In this document: positions 35,901 through 49,392 of the stretch, piece by piece
How the letters are laid out: each line of letters begins with the position of its first letter
Position numbering within the stretch: position 1 is the first letter of the stretch
NCBI RefSeq assembly: GCF_006345805.1
Contig: NC_042998.1
Location: 119,660,001-119,724,000 of the forward strand
Direction of reading: 5' to 3'
DNA length: 64,000 bases
Source of the DNA: Octopus sinensis
Lineage: Eukaryota
The notes under the pieces: generated by a model
The model's database searches: none
What the model was told of the DNA's origin: nothing
The model's input: only the letters and a program-made list of their open reading frames with translations
Position numbers and translations under genes: made by a program

Positions 35901-38900
35901 ATGAACTGTCTCCCACCTCCACTTAATATAAAATATTGACTTTTTAGTATATTTAATTTTTCTACAGCAGACAAAGGAATAATTTCTACATGATCACATG
36001 GTCAATTTTTATTAAAGTGGATTAAATGACTCTAATATATTAATGGTGCTTATTTAATAAAACCCAGCAAATAAAAGAATAAAACATTAAGAACTACAAA
36101 ATAAAAATGTTTTAATAGAAATGTCCTCAACTTCGAGTATCTTCTTTGTCCTGTGTCAACTGGTGCAAAATTGTCAGTATAAGCGAGGATATTGGAGATG
36201 AATATTTTAGATGTTATATACATAAAATTATTTTAAGTGCAATTGTAGTTGCTTTTTTTTTTTTTTTTTTTTTTTTCTTTCTTTTAATACAATTGGAGAT
36301 GTTGTGCTCTATGAAAAGAGTTTTGAGGCGAGTGTAGTGTGTGGAATGGTACTTGAGTTGAGTTTTGTTTTTACAGAATCATAAATCCCTTTTTCTCAAA
36401 ATACTAAAATTTGGTTAGACTCCTTTTCTTTAAATTTTTTTTCTCCTTTGTGTGTGTGTGGGGGGGGGGGATTTCTGGAAAAGGCTTTAAAACCTAATTT
36501 GCTAGTTTTAAAGAAATATTAAAGCAGCAACGAGTAAGGAATGGACAAGAAAGAAACTATCCTACATTTAGTTACATTTCTTCTATATTCCTTGTTATAT
36601 TTATTTACATTCCTTCACATTTTAAGTTTAGATCAGGCGTTGGGACTCAGAGAGGGGATGACAAGGGACCAAGACTCCTGGCAGTTTGCTGTACTTGAAA
36701 AGACATGTGAGGCTAAGTAAAAGTGTGGTTGCCTTTGCACGCTCATAAGTGCTGGTGCTATGTAAAAAAGCACCCATGCCAATGCTGCATAAAAGCATTC
36801 AGTACACTCTGTAAAGTGGATGGCATTAGGAAGGGCATCCAGCCATAGAAACCATGCCAAAACAGATGGGGGAGCCTGAACAGCTCTTCGGCTGGTCAGC
36901 TCCTGTCAAACCATCCAATCCATGCTAGCTTGGAAAACAGATGTTAAATGATGATGATCCTCTCCTTCAGTTTTGCTTTTTACTGTTTTAGAACTGATAA
37001 GGACCAATGGTGTAGTGAGTCAGCTTTATGTAAATATGTGGCCTTGTATCAGTATGAAAAACCATCATTGTTATAGAGATTTAGGAGAGGATATGACTAA
37101 CAATGGCCGAGGAGCAATGCTGATAATTGACAAAGACAATATCAGTATTGTTCTCTGGAGGACTTTCAGATTGGGGATTATGGACAATTTCTTGAATTCC
37201 TTGACCTGGCGGTGCTACAAGGTAATAAGTATAATGACTATATCATCCAACTGGTATACCTTGTTCATGATGGTTTGATGTTACATGAGGCAGATTTGGC
37301 TGCTGTTTCTAACAGGTTTAATGACGACAGAGAGGCTCCTTCAGTGTCACACTACATCTTGTTTTCAGGACTACATTATCTTGTAACAAGGACTAAGGAT
37401 TACATAATCCAATGTGTCTATCTTTTTTCTTTCAAAGATGATAGTGATTTGAGTGGGTAGGGTGGCTGCTATTTTTAGCAGGTCAAACAACCACTAGTTT
37501 ACACTAATTATAGGTATCTCCTCTCAAATGCTACAAAGTATTTATTAGCAGATGTTTAAGTTTTGTTCTCTGTTTTTTTTTTCTTTTTTTTACCAGCTGA
37601 GAATCATCAATCCTTAATGACTTTACAAGATGTACTCCTCATGTCCAAACCATTTAAAACTTGCTTTCAAGTGATCATTTTTGTTTTTTTAAAGTGGTTC
37701 CTCAACTTAAGTCAAAGAGTACACCACTAATATACATCTCATGTCTTTGCTATTCCAGTTGTTGGGGGGTGGGGGAGAATATAGAGTATTTTCCTCTATT
37801 CTTCCTTCTCTCTTTCGCTCTCTTCCACCTTTTTGCTTTCCCTGTTTTCTATCTCCTCCCCCACACATTCTCAACATCTCCCTCCCACTTTCTCTACATT
37901 ACTCAGTACTCTGATCTATAAACTAATGCCAATTACATTAGTGTTTGGTCTCTTAATCTCTGTATCTCATCTTGTAATGAGAGATACCTGATTTATATCT
38001 CACTACCTCCTTTTCGAAACCTTTCTTACTTAGTTGAGATGGTTGCAGGTGGGTAGTAAGTGTGGTGGTTTTTAGAAATTCCTCACTTGGAGTGGATCCT
38101 AGTTCATAGTCAGACAACATGTAACTTGGCAGTCAGTCATTCATTCTACAGCAATAGTATATTTAAAATCTTACAAATGTTGGTAATCACAGTGCCACCA
38201 ATAACATTGCTTATGTATGGATTGTGTAAAGTGAATGGTGGTGGTGGCGGGGAGCTCATAAGCAGACACCTTTTGAAATTATGTATGTATGTGTGTGTGT
38301 ATGTATATACACACACACAATTTTAGTTTTCTCTTGGGAATTTTGGATATTTCAAAATGGAGTTTTCCTCATCAAAAATATATGGCCTTGCAAATGTTTT
38401 GTGTGAGAGGAAGGCAGTTGCAATATCATGTTGTTTAACTCTCGATTAACCTTAAATTGAGTTGAGTTATCAAAAGCATTCATTTCAGCCATGACTATCC
38501 TGTCTTTTTAGGAGCATCTAGGATTATATTATTCCTTGTATTTTTCTTTATTCAAGATGGAAGTGTACAATATGAGGGAAAGTTGATTGTTGTTTGTATT
38601 AAGTGGCCACTTAGTTTCTTTGTTGGATTGTCTCTTATTTTTAGAACTGTTTTCAAGATCATACAGTGATCTGAGTGATTCTCAGCAGGTCTAGCAACCA
38701 AGTGCCTTCTTCATTGGCTCATCCCAGTCTTGCTTTCAGAACTACATTATCTTGCATCTAGGACTGTTATCCAATTTGTCCCACTTTTTCTAGAGAGTAA
38801 GTTGATTTGAAAGAAATTTAGCTCCTCCTTTATCTTCAAAGTCTATCTATTGACAGCTGTTTGTGGTTTTATGATTGTTTTCTTTTTTCGGCCAGCTGAG

Positions 38901-41900
38901 AACCATCAAACCTTAATCATCATCACCACTTTTCATGTTGGTATGACCATCCCATAATAACTTCACATAACATCTTCCTCATATTTTAAGCCAAACCATT
39001 AAAAATTTGATACCAAGTTATGTTTCAATGTATTACTGAGGTCTCAGAGTACACTTCCTTGATAGACATCTCACATCTTCACTATTCCTCCCCTCCTTTT
39101 GTAATATTTCCTCCTGTCCTGCCTTACTCTTTTCTTTATTTTATTTTCTTTCACCTTTAATCATAGAGCTTCCTTCACTGGCTCATGGTTGATAACCAAA
39201 GTAAAAAACCAGACTGAGTGGTTAACTTATAGTACAACTCTTTCATTTTTGTCAGGGTCAGTGTTACTGATTGTTCTTACCATTAAGTACCAGTAATATA
39301 TTAAGTTTATTCTATCATCTACAAAACTTTTTATTACTAGTGAAAAAGACAATGTTGATATTCAAAGCAAGGAGTTGTTGTAAACATAAGAACAGGTATG
39401 GCCCTGTGATTAAGAAGTTCGCTTTTCAACCATGTAGTTTTGGGTTCAGTTCCTTGAGCAAGAGACTTCCACTTTAGCCATGAACTGACCAATATCTTGT
39501 TTGTAGATGAGTTTTTTTGGTTGACAGAAATTGTGCAAAAGCCCATCATAGATACTGCATCTGTGGGTGTGTGCATGCATGGGCATCTTTTAAAAAAGTT
39601 TCTCTTACTGTTGGATGACTAATGTTGGTTTGTCTACATCCCAATAACTGAATGGTTTGATATAAATAGGCTGATACAAAAAAGTACTAGACTAAAAATA
39701 TGCACAGGCATTAATTTGGCTACAGTCCAATGACTGAATGAAATAAGTTAAAGAATAAAAGAAAGAACTGTATAGATTTCAACTGTTAAATAGTTGGTAT
39801 GAAATCCCACTTAAAATATTCCATTGTCTTGAGGTCAAAAAAAAAATTCTATCATCTTGAGGTTGATAAACTAACCACCACACAATCCTTCTAGAGTATC
39901 AACCCTCTGAAATACCTCCCTGCCCACATTTTGTTGATTCCTTTTATAAGTGATATGCATAGCAGAAAAGTTGCAATGAGACAAGTTTCTCTGTGAAACT
40001 TGGTCTCTGTTTTACTTATGTTAATAATAAGTAGCACAGTCATTTATTCATAGAACAAAGCTTATAAGAAAAACTGATTAAAATAGTCGAGTATTCTGCT
40101 GGTATTGTATTTGCTCCTCATTACTGTCAGATGTATAAAATAATACCAGGTGTATGATGTGGATCTATTCAAATGACTCTCAACCCTACAAATTTGTAAG
40201 TGTTCCAAAGTTAAAAATCCTTAATAGAGTTGCTATAAAGAACAGAACTGCCAGTAGCTATTAATTAGGGAGCCCCTGTCTGGTCACTTGACCTGCTATT
40301 CCCTCAAATCAAATCACACCAACATTGTCTTTATTTATTTTTAGAAAGTATTGAGAGGAAGAAGAGCAGAACTCAGGTGATGGTGTTAAGTTAGTCAGCA
40401 AATTAAGTTTGCAAAGAAGATGCGACCCTAGATACCTATAAAATAAATGGAGTAATCATGGCTGAGGAACTTACGATGAAAAGTTTATTCAGTCAAGGTT
40501 AACAAAAGTTAAACAACCAGCTATCTATTGCTGAATTAGACTCTGCAGTTTTGTCTTATCTTAAAACTATTCATTGAGACGGTATGGGTGGAATGGGTAG
40601 TGGAAAGATGGTTCATAAAAGTTCTGAGATTTTAGTTTGCAATAGGAATCTATTTATATGATTCTCTTGGACTCACCAAATATCAAAACTATTGAATATA
40701 TTTGATAATTCACTTTGACGGATTTTTCGGTGGAGTTGGGTATTTGTTATATATACAAGATATAATCATGGTAATTTCTTTTTTCTGTTATTATATCAGA
40801 AAATAAAGAATCTGTACAATTACTAATTAGATAAAGCAGTTATAGACCATATGTAACCAAACTGCACTTCACTTTCTTTCAGTTGTTCAGTTTCAGTGTA
40901 ATTTGAGACAAACCGACATCACTATTTCCATATATCATTTACAGTTCTTCCCTATCAGACTTATTCTCTGTTGCTAGACGACCTAGTTACATAACATCTA
41001 CAGACTTCTCATAAAATCAGTTTTAGACCAGGTGTGACTAACATTCTTCATGCAAAATAGGCTGTTGAAGCTTTTTTTTATCATAATTCATATTGATTGC
41101 TTTTGAGCGTCTTAATAGAAATAAAAGTATAGTATTTATCTTTGATCTTCCAGGATATTTAAAATAGACTGCCAGAAAAATTCTATAAAGTAAATGTACA
41201 TCTAAATATGACGTACACGTATATTTTAGAAACACCATGTGACTTTTGTAATGAAAGTCATTGATAGTTGTTCCAAGATGGTGTCTTTTTATTTCTGAAT
41301 ACTCTTGGATGTTTTGCTGTGTTTTCACATGGTTTGAAGTTTCTTTTAAAGTTCAACACCATTTTCATATCCTCCTGAATATCATATAGTTTAAGTTAGC
41401 TGTATGCATGTGTAAAGACAGCTAGAAAACTTATTGGCTTGAACAGATTGTTAGAGTAGGAAGGAAATGAGTGAAACAACTATATAACCATTTTAGACTA
41501 TTCCTTGATGTTTTATCATTGCTTGCCGTATTGTTGTTTGCTGCTTTGTTTGTAGATTTGCCCCTCTTTGCCTCCCAACTCCACCAGTTTTCTTACTTTA
41601 CCATGAACACTAACTTAAAAAGTCTTCTGACTTTCTTTCATTTATTTTATATGTGATGTAAGCTGACACTACTATTGACACAACCAGGCTCCCTACTTAC
41701 ATCCTTCATATTTTCTTTACAGTTCTTCCTACCAGAATTCTTCTCTTGCTAGACAGGCATAGTTACATAACTTCTAAAGTCTAGATGTTTTCAGCGTTAA
41801 CCAATTTCTTTTTTTTTTCTTTTTTTCTATCTATCTTTCTTCTCTTTGGCAATTCATGACAACACCTAGTATGCTTGAAATACAAAAATGTAAAAGAAGA

Positions 41901-43609
41901 TAAATGTGAAGTAGATGTTTATTATAGTTTATTTATCTAACCTGATTGTAGCCTTAATGTTGTTTAAATAGGTTTCTTACTTGAATTAGAATTCTATACG
42001 TTCAAACTGAAAGTCATAATTGTACAAACAGTACTTTAAGTAAAACCATTTAAAATCATCTTGTCTAGTATTTTATTTCACTAGAAAAAAATTTTTAAAA
42101 AATGAATGTGCTATTATTCATTTTGGCAATGCTGCCTATTTTCAGAGCTTGTTTTTCACTATTGAGAATGGAGCTGGGCATTAAAAACACTGGAAAGTGA
42201 GCTTAAATCAGTATGAGTGAATTGATGAAGTGATTGCTTAACATAAAAGCTAAATCTCCTTCAACTCTCACCCCACAATCTTTAAAAATGAAAGGCACTG
42301 GATAATGTTGTCAGATAATGAATGTCTGCAAAAACAGGACAATCGTAAGTGGAATCTTTTGACCACAAGTCTGTTCACTCAGGATGCTTATCCTGGAATT
42401 TAACATCAACATCAGTCTCTTTGGTATCTGTATATCTCATAAGACCACAGATCTGCTCCTAGAAAATCTCTGTTGGTAGAACACAGTTAGTGTCCGCTTT
42501 GAGGTGGGCACGGTCAAGGCTGGTTTCAACTCTGTACCAAAATTGTCCATGGAAAGGGTAAGGGTTAATACATTTTGGCATCAATATCATTACAGGAGTT
42601 GCCAGGATGAAGATGATGGACTGTCTTAGGGATCCCAGCTTTTGATTTGTTGTTGATTAAATGTCAATATGGATATATTTTATAATGAACAAACATGATG
42701 TATGCTATGCAAGGAGCATTCTGGGTTGGTAGTAAAAAGTTCTTGGAGCAAAGATAGACCCAGGAAAGTGGAATATAAGAAAGATATAAGTTCATCAGGG
42801 TTGTGATGATGCAGAAATAAGATAGCTTAAAGAAATAGTAAAATACATAATTGTCCAATCCATGCTTACCTTAGAAAACTTTGAGATTATAATATTTAAG
42901 TCAGGGAGCTATCTAATGGTCATTTGACCTGCGAGAAATAACTGTTAAATCTTTCCTCTTAAAGAGTGAAAGACACATTAGGTAATGTAGTTCTTGAAGC
43001 TTTCTCTCTCTTTTCCTGCTGGGGTGGCCAGTATCTCCTCTTTAGTAAGACAACTATTTCTCCATCTATTACACTCTAACCTCTTGCTTGGCACACAGCT
43101 ATTTCCCTCAGTTCTACTCCTTCTCTCAACTAAGATTTTTTTGTCTTGCAAGTTACCTGGTGACCTTGTTGGTATTGGTGCCACATAAAAATCACCCAGT
43201 ATACTCTGTAAAGTGGTTGATATTAGGAAGGGTATCCATGTCAAAACAGACAAAAGGAGCCTGGTGCAGCTCTCCAGCTTGCCAGCTCTTGTCAAACTGT
43301 CCAACACATGCCAGCATGGCAAACAGACATTAAATGATGATGATGATGATGATAAGACAGAATGGCCAAGATTGAAATGCTTTTGATCAACAGTGTGCTC
43401 AGTTAATCCTGACCTCAGGTTAAACAACAGAAACAAATTTAAAGAAAGTGAGAAACTTGCAGCAGACTGAATTCCCAAACACAGCTGGGAAGCGAACAGT
43501 GATATTTTCTTCCCTGCTATGTTTGTAAATTTAGCTTTGCTGAATGCTTCTCTCTTTCTCTGAATCTATGATTGTAAATAAACATTGAATGATATTTCTT
43601 CTGTTTCAG

Positions 43610-43796
43610 ATAAATACCCACTGTCTTCAAACCCTACAGCATGTGCATGGCAACCAGGTGAGAAACATAAAGTTGCTGTGGGAGATGAGGATGGTCGTAT
43701 CATAGTTAAAGATGTTCGTAAACTACAAGACATGCCAGTTTCTTCATATAAACCTCATTTCCGACCAGTACATAGATTGCAGTTTTCACCTCAAAA
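43610..43796 (+). CDS. WDR77: WDR77 internal exon (DKYPLSSNPTACAWQPGEKHKVAVGDEDGRIIVKDVRK...HFRPVHRLQFSPQN)
   Basis: tttcAG acceptor (43608-43609) and GTAAGT donor (43797). 187 nt, phase compatible on both sides. Matches MEP50 [21 protein letters not shown]...HSQCVTGLVFSPHS. Confidence 0.92.
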
Positions 43797-43845
43797 GTAA
43801 GTATCAGCCATAGTACTTTTTTTTTTAAAAAAAACATAAACAAAC

Positions 43846-44232
43846 AGACACAGCCCTGACTGTGTGGTAAGAAGCTGGCTTCCCAGCCACATGTTTTGGG
43901 GTTCAGTCCCACTACATGGCACCTTGAGCAAATGTCTTCTGCTATAGCCTTGGGACAATGAAAGCCTTGTCTGTGGATTTGGTAGATGGAAACTGAAAGA
44001 AACCTCGCACGTATATGTGTGTGTGCGTTTGTGGCTGTGCTTGTTCCCCACTGTTTGACAACCAGTATTGGTGTCTTTACGCCCCCATAACATAGCAGTT
44101 CAGCAAAAGTGACTGATAAAATAAGTACAGGCTATAAAAATAAGTACTGGGGTTGATACAATGGACTAAAAATTCTTCTAGGCAGTGCCCTAGTATGACT
44201 GCAGTCTAATGACTGAAACAAACAATAAACAA
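43846..44232 (+). mobile_element. tRNA/CORE-like SINE. Relatives at ~12710-12865, 39390-39720, 45620-45800, 50280-50420 (+) and 47140-47250, 50690-50830, 55000-55140 (-)
   Basis: TGTGTGGTAAGAAG A box, GGGTTCAGTCCCAC B box, GGCACCTTGRGCAA core and an internal (TG)n. Confidence 0.8.
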
Positions 44233-44620
44233 ATCTACTGTCCTATCTGTAATAATAAATGCCAGTTTCTGTCTTTGTCTGCATGGCTTTCTAGTTTATA
44301 GACTCAGCTCCTTGTGGAGCTACTCCCACAAATGGCACATATTTAAAATTAAGGTAGCCCTAGAAGTGTTTCTATTTTAAGATGGTTTGCTGGCCTGCAG
44401 CACAAATTTGAACTACCCTATAACACCTTTAGTTCTTAGAACCAACATCAACCCTTCAGGAGTAGAAGACATTGCTACCTGCTGTTTGTTCACATTGGTA
44501 ACATTATTATTGGGGTTGGGATTGAAGAAAATGGTGTGTATATTTGTATGTTGTGTATGAGAAAAAGAGAGAGAGTAAATTTCATTTTTCCAAACCTAAT
44601 ATTTTACTTTTCTTTTCCAG

Positions 44621-44698
44621 CTCTAACATAATTGCTTCTATATCAGAAGATTGCAGTCTAGTTGTTGGTTATGTTGCTGAAAATTCCATTTGTCAGAT
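44621..44698 (+). CDS. WDR77: WDR77 internal exon (SNIIASISEDCSLVVGYVAENSICQI)
   Basis: ttttccAG acceptor and GTAAGT donor (44699). 78 nt. ASISEDCSL matches MEP50 LASLSEDCSL. Confidence 0.9.
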
Positions 44699-45999
44699 GT
44701 AAGTATAATACGAGACAACAATCCTGGTTGTGATTAGCCTGAAGGTCTATTCCATTTGAGGATAATCTTTTCAATGAGGATTTGTAAATTATTATTCTTA
44801 GCAGATTATATTTATATGCAGCAGTGACACTTTTCATTGTCAGTATAGTGTAAATCTGGTTTTCTATGTTTAATGTCAACTATACACTAACACACACATC
44901 CACCTATCCTCCAACAGTAAATCTGTATTACTATTTAAAAAAAAAAATTTCCATTAATCTCCTTGGATTACTTCAGAATTTTCAAGAGGATAGAGATAAA
45001 ATGTGACTCATTTACTTCTACTGTTAATAACTTATTTAATAAATTGATGCTGAGTATTTAAGTGTAGTGCAGTGTGTAGCAGTAAATTACTATCATGTCA
45101 TTTACTGAAGCTGTGACTTAAGGAAAAAAAATCCTGGTGAAGTCAGTCTGTTCTTTGAAAGTAACTGAAAGATATATAGAGAAGTCAGTAGTCAGTACAT
45201 GCTAGGATAGGATTGGATAAGATGTAATTGATAGACTTTTCTGTAGGCTACTCACTGTGAAATGCAAATGAATGGTTCTTGGGAGCTATTCACACTGTCA
45301 TAAAGTCACTGTAAATTAGATCAGTATTGGTAGTAAATTCATTGAAGAATTTAGTGTACAGCTAGGTGATCACCAGGACGATGTTTGCTAATCCTTTCCA
45401 TCTTCAAATCACAAAAGAATGTCCAATTAGTCATCCTTGGAAATGATTATGTACTGACAGCCTAGTCTGTAATCTACAAAAGTCCCGATAGGGTTTGGAC
45501 TCTAATGGATGCTATTTCTATATATATGTGTTCATTCAACAATGAACATGTGCATATAGAAATGTCTGAGCTGAGTGAAAGAGAGAATATTCTTGGAATG
45601 TATCAGTCATATTGTGGAGGAGGGGTGCATGCTGTTAAGAAGCTTATTCCCAACCACATGGTTTTAAGTTCAGTTCCACTTCATGGCACTTTGGGCAAGT
45701 GTCTTCTACTCTAGCCTTAGGCCAACCAAACCTTTTGGGGAGAATTTGGTAGACAAAAACTGAAATAAGCCCTTATGTGTGTGCCTATTTGAGCCTGTGT
45801 TTGTTCACACAGTTACACACTACAAAAGTTGCCAGCTGCAAGCAGTGTTATTGTCACTTATGCCAACACATTGACCATTAACTTCACACATTTGAAAACA
45901 TGTAAAATAAGGTATCCCTTACCTTGAAAAAAGGTTAGTGACAGTAAAGGTGTCAGGTTGTAAAAACAATGCCTCAGTAATATACTCATCTAACAAACA

Positions 46000-46860
46000 A
46001 AACGTGTTTGTGGTTGTGTTTGGAGGTGATTGTGTGTGTAGTGGCAGGGGCTCTTGAGATTGTATTTTCCTGCAGTAACAACTGTACTCCTTCACGTGTC
46101 CAAGTCGTCTTTCATTCTTAGCATTTTTGTTCTATATGGAGCTTGTGGTGATATAAAGTGCACCATCTTGTATTCTTTCTTATTTGTTGTGGTGTATTGA
46201 CAGAATATGGTGCCTGAGTGTTCTGAGCATGTTTGTCATTTTTGTTTTCTTTATTACAGACTACCATAAATGTTGCTAAGATGTTATATGGAACTCTTTG
46301 TATTTTCTCTTCTGTATGTGTGGTATGTTTTATGCTGTTAAATTGGTTGTATTTTAGGTTCTGGTGATGTTGATAAAATAGCTAATGCTTTTGGCTGGTG
46401 CTACTAATACTCTTTTGTCTTGGAGTCAAATTTCTTAGTGGTTGATGTAGGAATGGAGAAGTTGGGTAGGTGTTTACAAGGAGTGGTGAGAAAATGAGAG
46501 AATGTTACAGATTCCATAAGGCTGTGTGCATGTTTTGAGACTGTTTGAGAAAATTGTGTAAGTACTAATTAAAAAGAATGGTTATGAAAACAGATCTTTG
46601 TGGTACTCTAAAAGAAATTGCAGAGTCTAGGTGTGTTAGCCCCACAAGTAGTTTGAGAGCTAGCATTTTGTGTTTTTTCAGGTGTTGAGTATTTCCTGGA
46701 AATAGGTAGCAGAGTATAGAATCAAAAGTTTTATCAATGATAGTTACAATAATGTGGCTTGAGGGATGACAGAGAGATGCAAAATAGAAATTGATGTAAA
46801 AGGAGATAACTCGGTTAGATATAAATATTGCAAGGTACTTCTGTTCAAATGAACTGGTTT
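46000..46860 (-). mobile_element. Old non-LTR RT remnant
   Basis: Minus strand RVPQRSVFITILFN.YL (~46560-46620) resembles the GVPQGSVLSP.LFN.Y RT motif. Confidence 0.45.
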
Positions 46861-48704
46861 TTGTTTACTCTCAGTTGACTTAACCCTTTAACATTTGGAT
46901 TATTCTGTCAAATGTAATGTTTATCTGTTCACATTGTTTTGAATTAATCCTGCATTATCTTGTTCAATATTTCAATGATGTGATTGGTTATTCTTAGAAT
47001 TGGACTGTTAATTAAGCGTAAGAGACCTGATCTCACCAGTTTGAACATAAAAATAAGAATATTTTGGCCAGTGTAAATACTAAAGGGTTAGACAAGGCAG
47101 ACAGTTTCATTCTACCAAATTTTGCTTTCAAAGCATTGGTCAATTTAGAGTTATGAGAGAAAACACTTGCCCATGATGCCATGCATAGGATTAAAACCTG
47201 GACTATATGGTTGCAAAGCAACATTCTTAACCACACAGCTGTGCCTGTGTAATGTGTGTGTGTGTGTGTGTGTGTGTAGTTGGTCAGTCTGGATCCTTAT
47301 GCTTCAAATAGTGGGATTGTACAGGTTGCTGTTAGTTCTTTCTGTTGCCTTTATTGATCTTATTTTCTGAGATGATCCTCACACAATTGAACTTGTGATT
47401 CATGGCATTCACATAATGTTAAGTATTCACTTAACTAATTCACTTTCTATACCCTAACTTGAGAGAGGAAGAGATTTTGAGGAGGTGATTGTGGTAATCT
47501 GCAATGAGATCTTGATGTTACAACAAGGAATGGAGATGCTTGATTTTTATCTTCTTGCAATATGGCCAGATATTACATCTCTCATCTCATCAAAGAAGGC
47601 AGTGATCCTCCATATTATAACCTTCTAAAGTTGTTTACTTAAAAAGTTTGCTTCACAACCTTGAGTCCCACTCTGTAGTAACTGAAGCAAGTGTTTGTTA
47701 CCATAGCATGTTGTCAATTCAAGCTTTACAAGTGAAAACTAAAACTATGTGACAGCACAGTTTTCTCTATGGTAAACCTAATCTACCTGGTTTAACACAT
47801 CATCATCACTGCCCATGGTGCCTTTAGTAGGGTGTACTTTGTTGCAAGCATTAGGACCATGTCTCTAATCATATATTTTAATACTTTCCTGAGCTACAAC
47901 AATCCATCAGTCATAGTTTCTTCTTTTCGTATCTTCATGCCAGTTTTGGACACCTTGCAAAAGTTCAAAAACATCAACATTCCTTGGCAAGTAACTGATA
48001 AAAAAAAAATTAGAATACTTATAATAGATTTAAAATAATTGGAAAAGCCTGCTGAACTATTGATAGATTTAATTATAATTTATTTGTAGTTTAGCATTCT
48101 AGTCCCTCATTAGTGTATTTACCTGTTTGAAACCCCCCCACTCAAGTAAAATATTAGGTAATTATGAATCCTCTCTGCTCCCTGCATATTTGAAAGGTTT
48201 CAGTCTTGCAAGTTACATGCTAACTTCATTAGTGTTGGGGCCACATAAGCATCTAGTACCCTCTGTAAAGTGGTTACCCTTAAAAAGGGTATCCAGCTGT
48301 AGAAATCATGCTGAAACTATAACACTGGAGCAAGACTTGCTACTTTCTAACCCCTTGTTTCCTATTAAAACAACCAACCTGCAACTAGCAAGGTAAGCAA
48401 ATGTAAAATGATAATGATTAAGTTTCTGGTTAGCAATGATAAATGTTTTGGTTTGTAGCTCAATGTTATTGTTGGGAACAGACATTACTATGTGGTCTGA
48501 AATATTTTCATACATTCTGTGGTACCTATTTATATGGTTGTTCATTAAAAAGTTGGTGATATGCCAAATAACTTAAAAGGAAAAGTAATTTACATTGCTT
48601 CCAGCAGTTTTCTGAAAGGATTTTGATGATGAAAATGTAAAAAGATGAAAAAAAAGTCTCAAATAGTTTTATTAAATATTAATAATAAATTTTTTTTATT
48701 TCAG

Positions 48705-48957
48705 CTTCAAAAATACTTCACATCAAGATTTTGTGCAAGGTCTGTCTTGGAGTTGCGGTACAGAAATTTATACATGCGGTTGGGATTCACTGGTATTAAC
48801 TCATGATCTTAGTAAACTAAAGGAATTACAGCAGATTAGTACTCTGAAAGTAGAAGTGAATGGAAATAATCAATTGAAAACTGAACGGTTTGAGAAAACT
48901 GAATGTTGTGAAGAAAAAATCTCTGTTTTAGCTCCAAGTGCCATTGAAGCTAATTAG
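48705..48957 (+). CDS. WDR77: WDR77 terminal coding exon (FKNTSHQDFVQGLSWSCGTEIYTCGWDSLVLTHDL...SAIEAN*)
   Basis: T-rich tract + AG (48703-48704), in frame with the previous exon. HQDFVQGLSWS...TCGWD matches MEP50 HRDFVRDATWS...TVGWD. TAG stop ends at 48957. Confidence 0.9.
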
Positions 48958-49386
48958 AACAAAATCTATGGAGCACACAGTGTAAGAGAAGATAATCAAA
49001 GAAGACAGAACAATAGAGTTCGGCAGTTATTAACAGACAGAACTACTAGCTCATAAGTATTAGCTGGTCTCATTACTAACGATCTCTACACATCAATGAA
49101 AGGGGACACAAATCTTTTCCCTTCCCATTTATGTAAATCAACCTAGTACCAATGAGCACAGATCCAGTCCTCGGCTTATTACGTTTATGAAAACTGATAA
49201 ACTTGGGATAAACATGTCTCTGTCTTTTTATTTCCTCTATTAACCTGCACATTTTATATTTCCATTTCAGTTTTAATACCTCTTGGTTATATAAAAGAAA
49301 AGTGTAATATTATACTGCCTCTCAATGTTGGTTTGTGTGAATACTCCAGATTTTGCTTCTTTCTATAACAAAATATGGAGCTGGGA

Positions 49387-49392
49387 AATAAA
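49387..49392 (+). promoter_or_regulatory. Candidate polyadenylation signal of WDR77
   Basis: AATAAA about 430 nt after the stop, followed by T-rich sequence. The background is AT-rich, so this is weak evidence. Confidence 0.3.
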
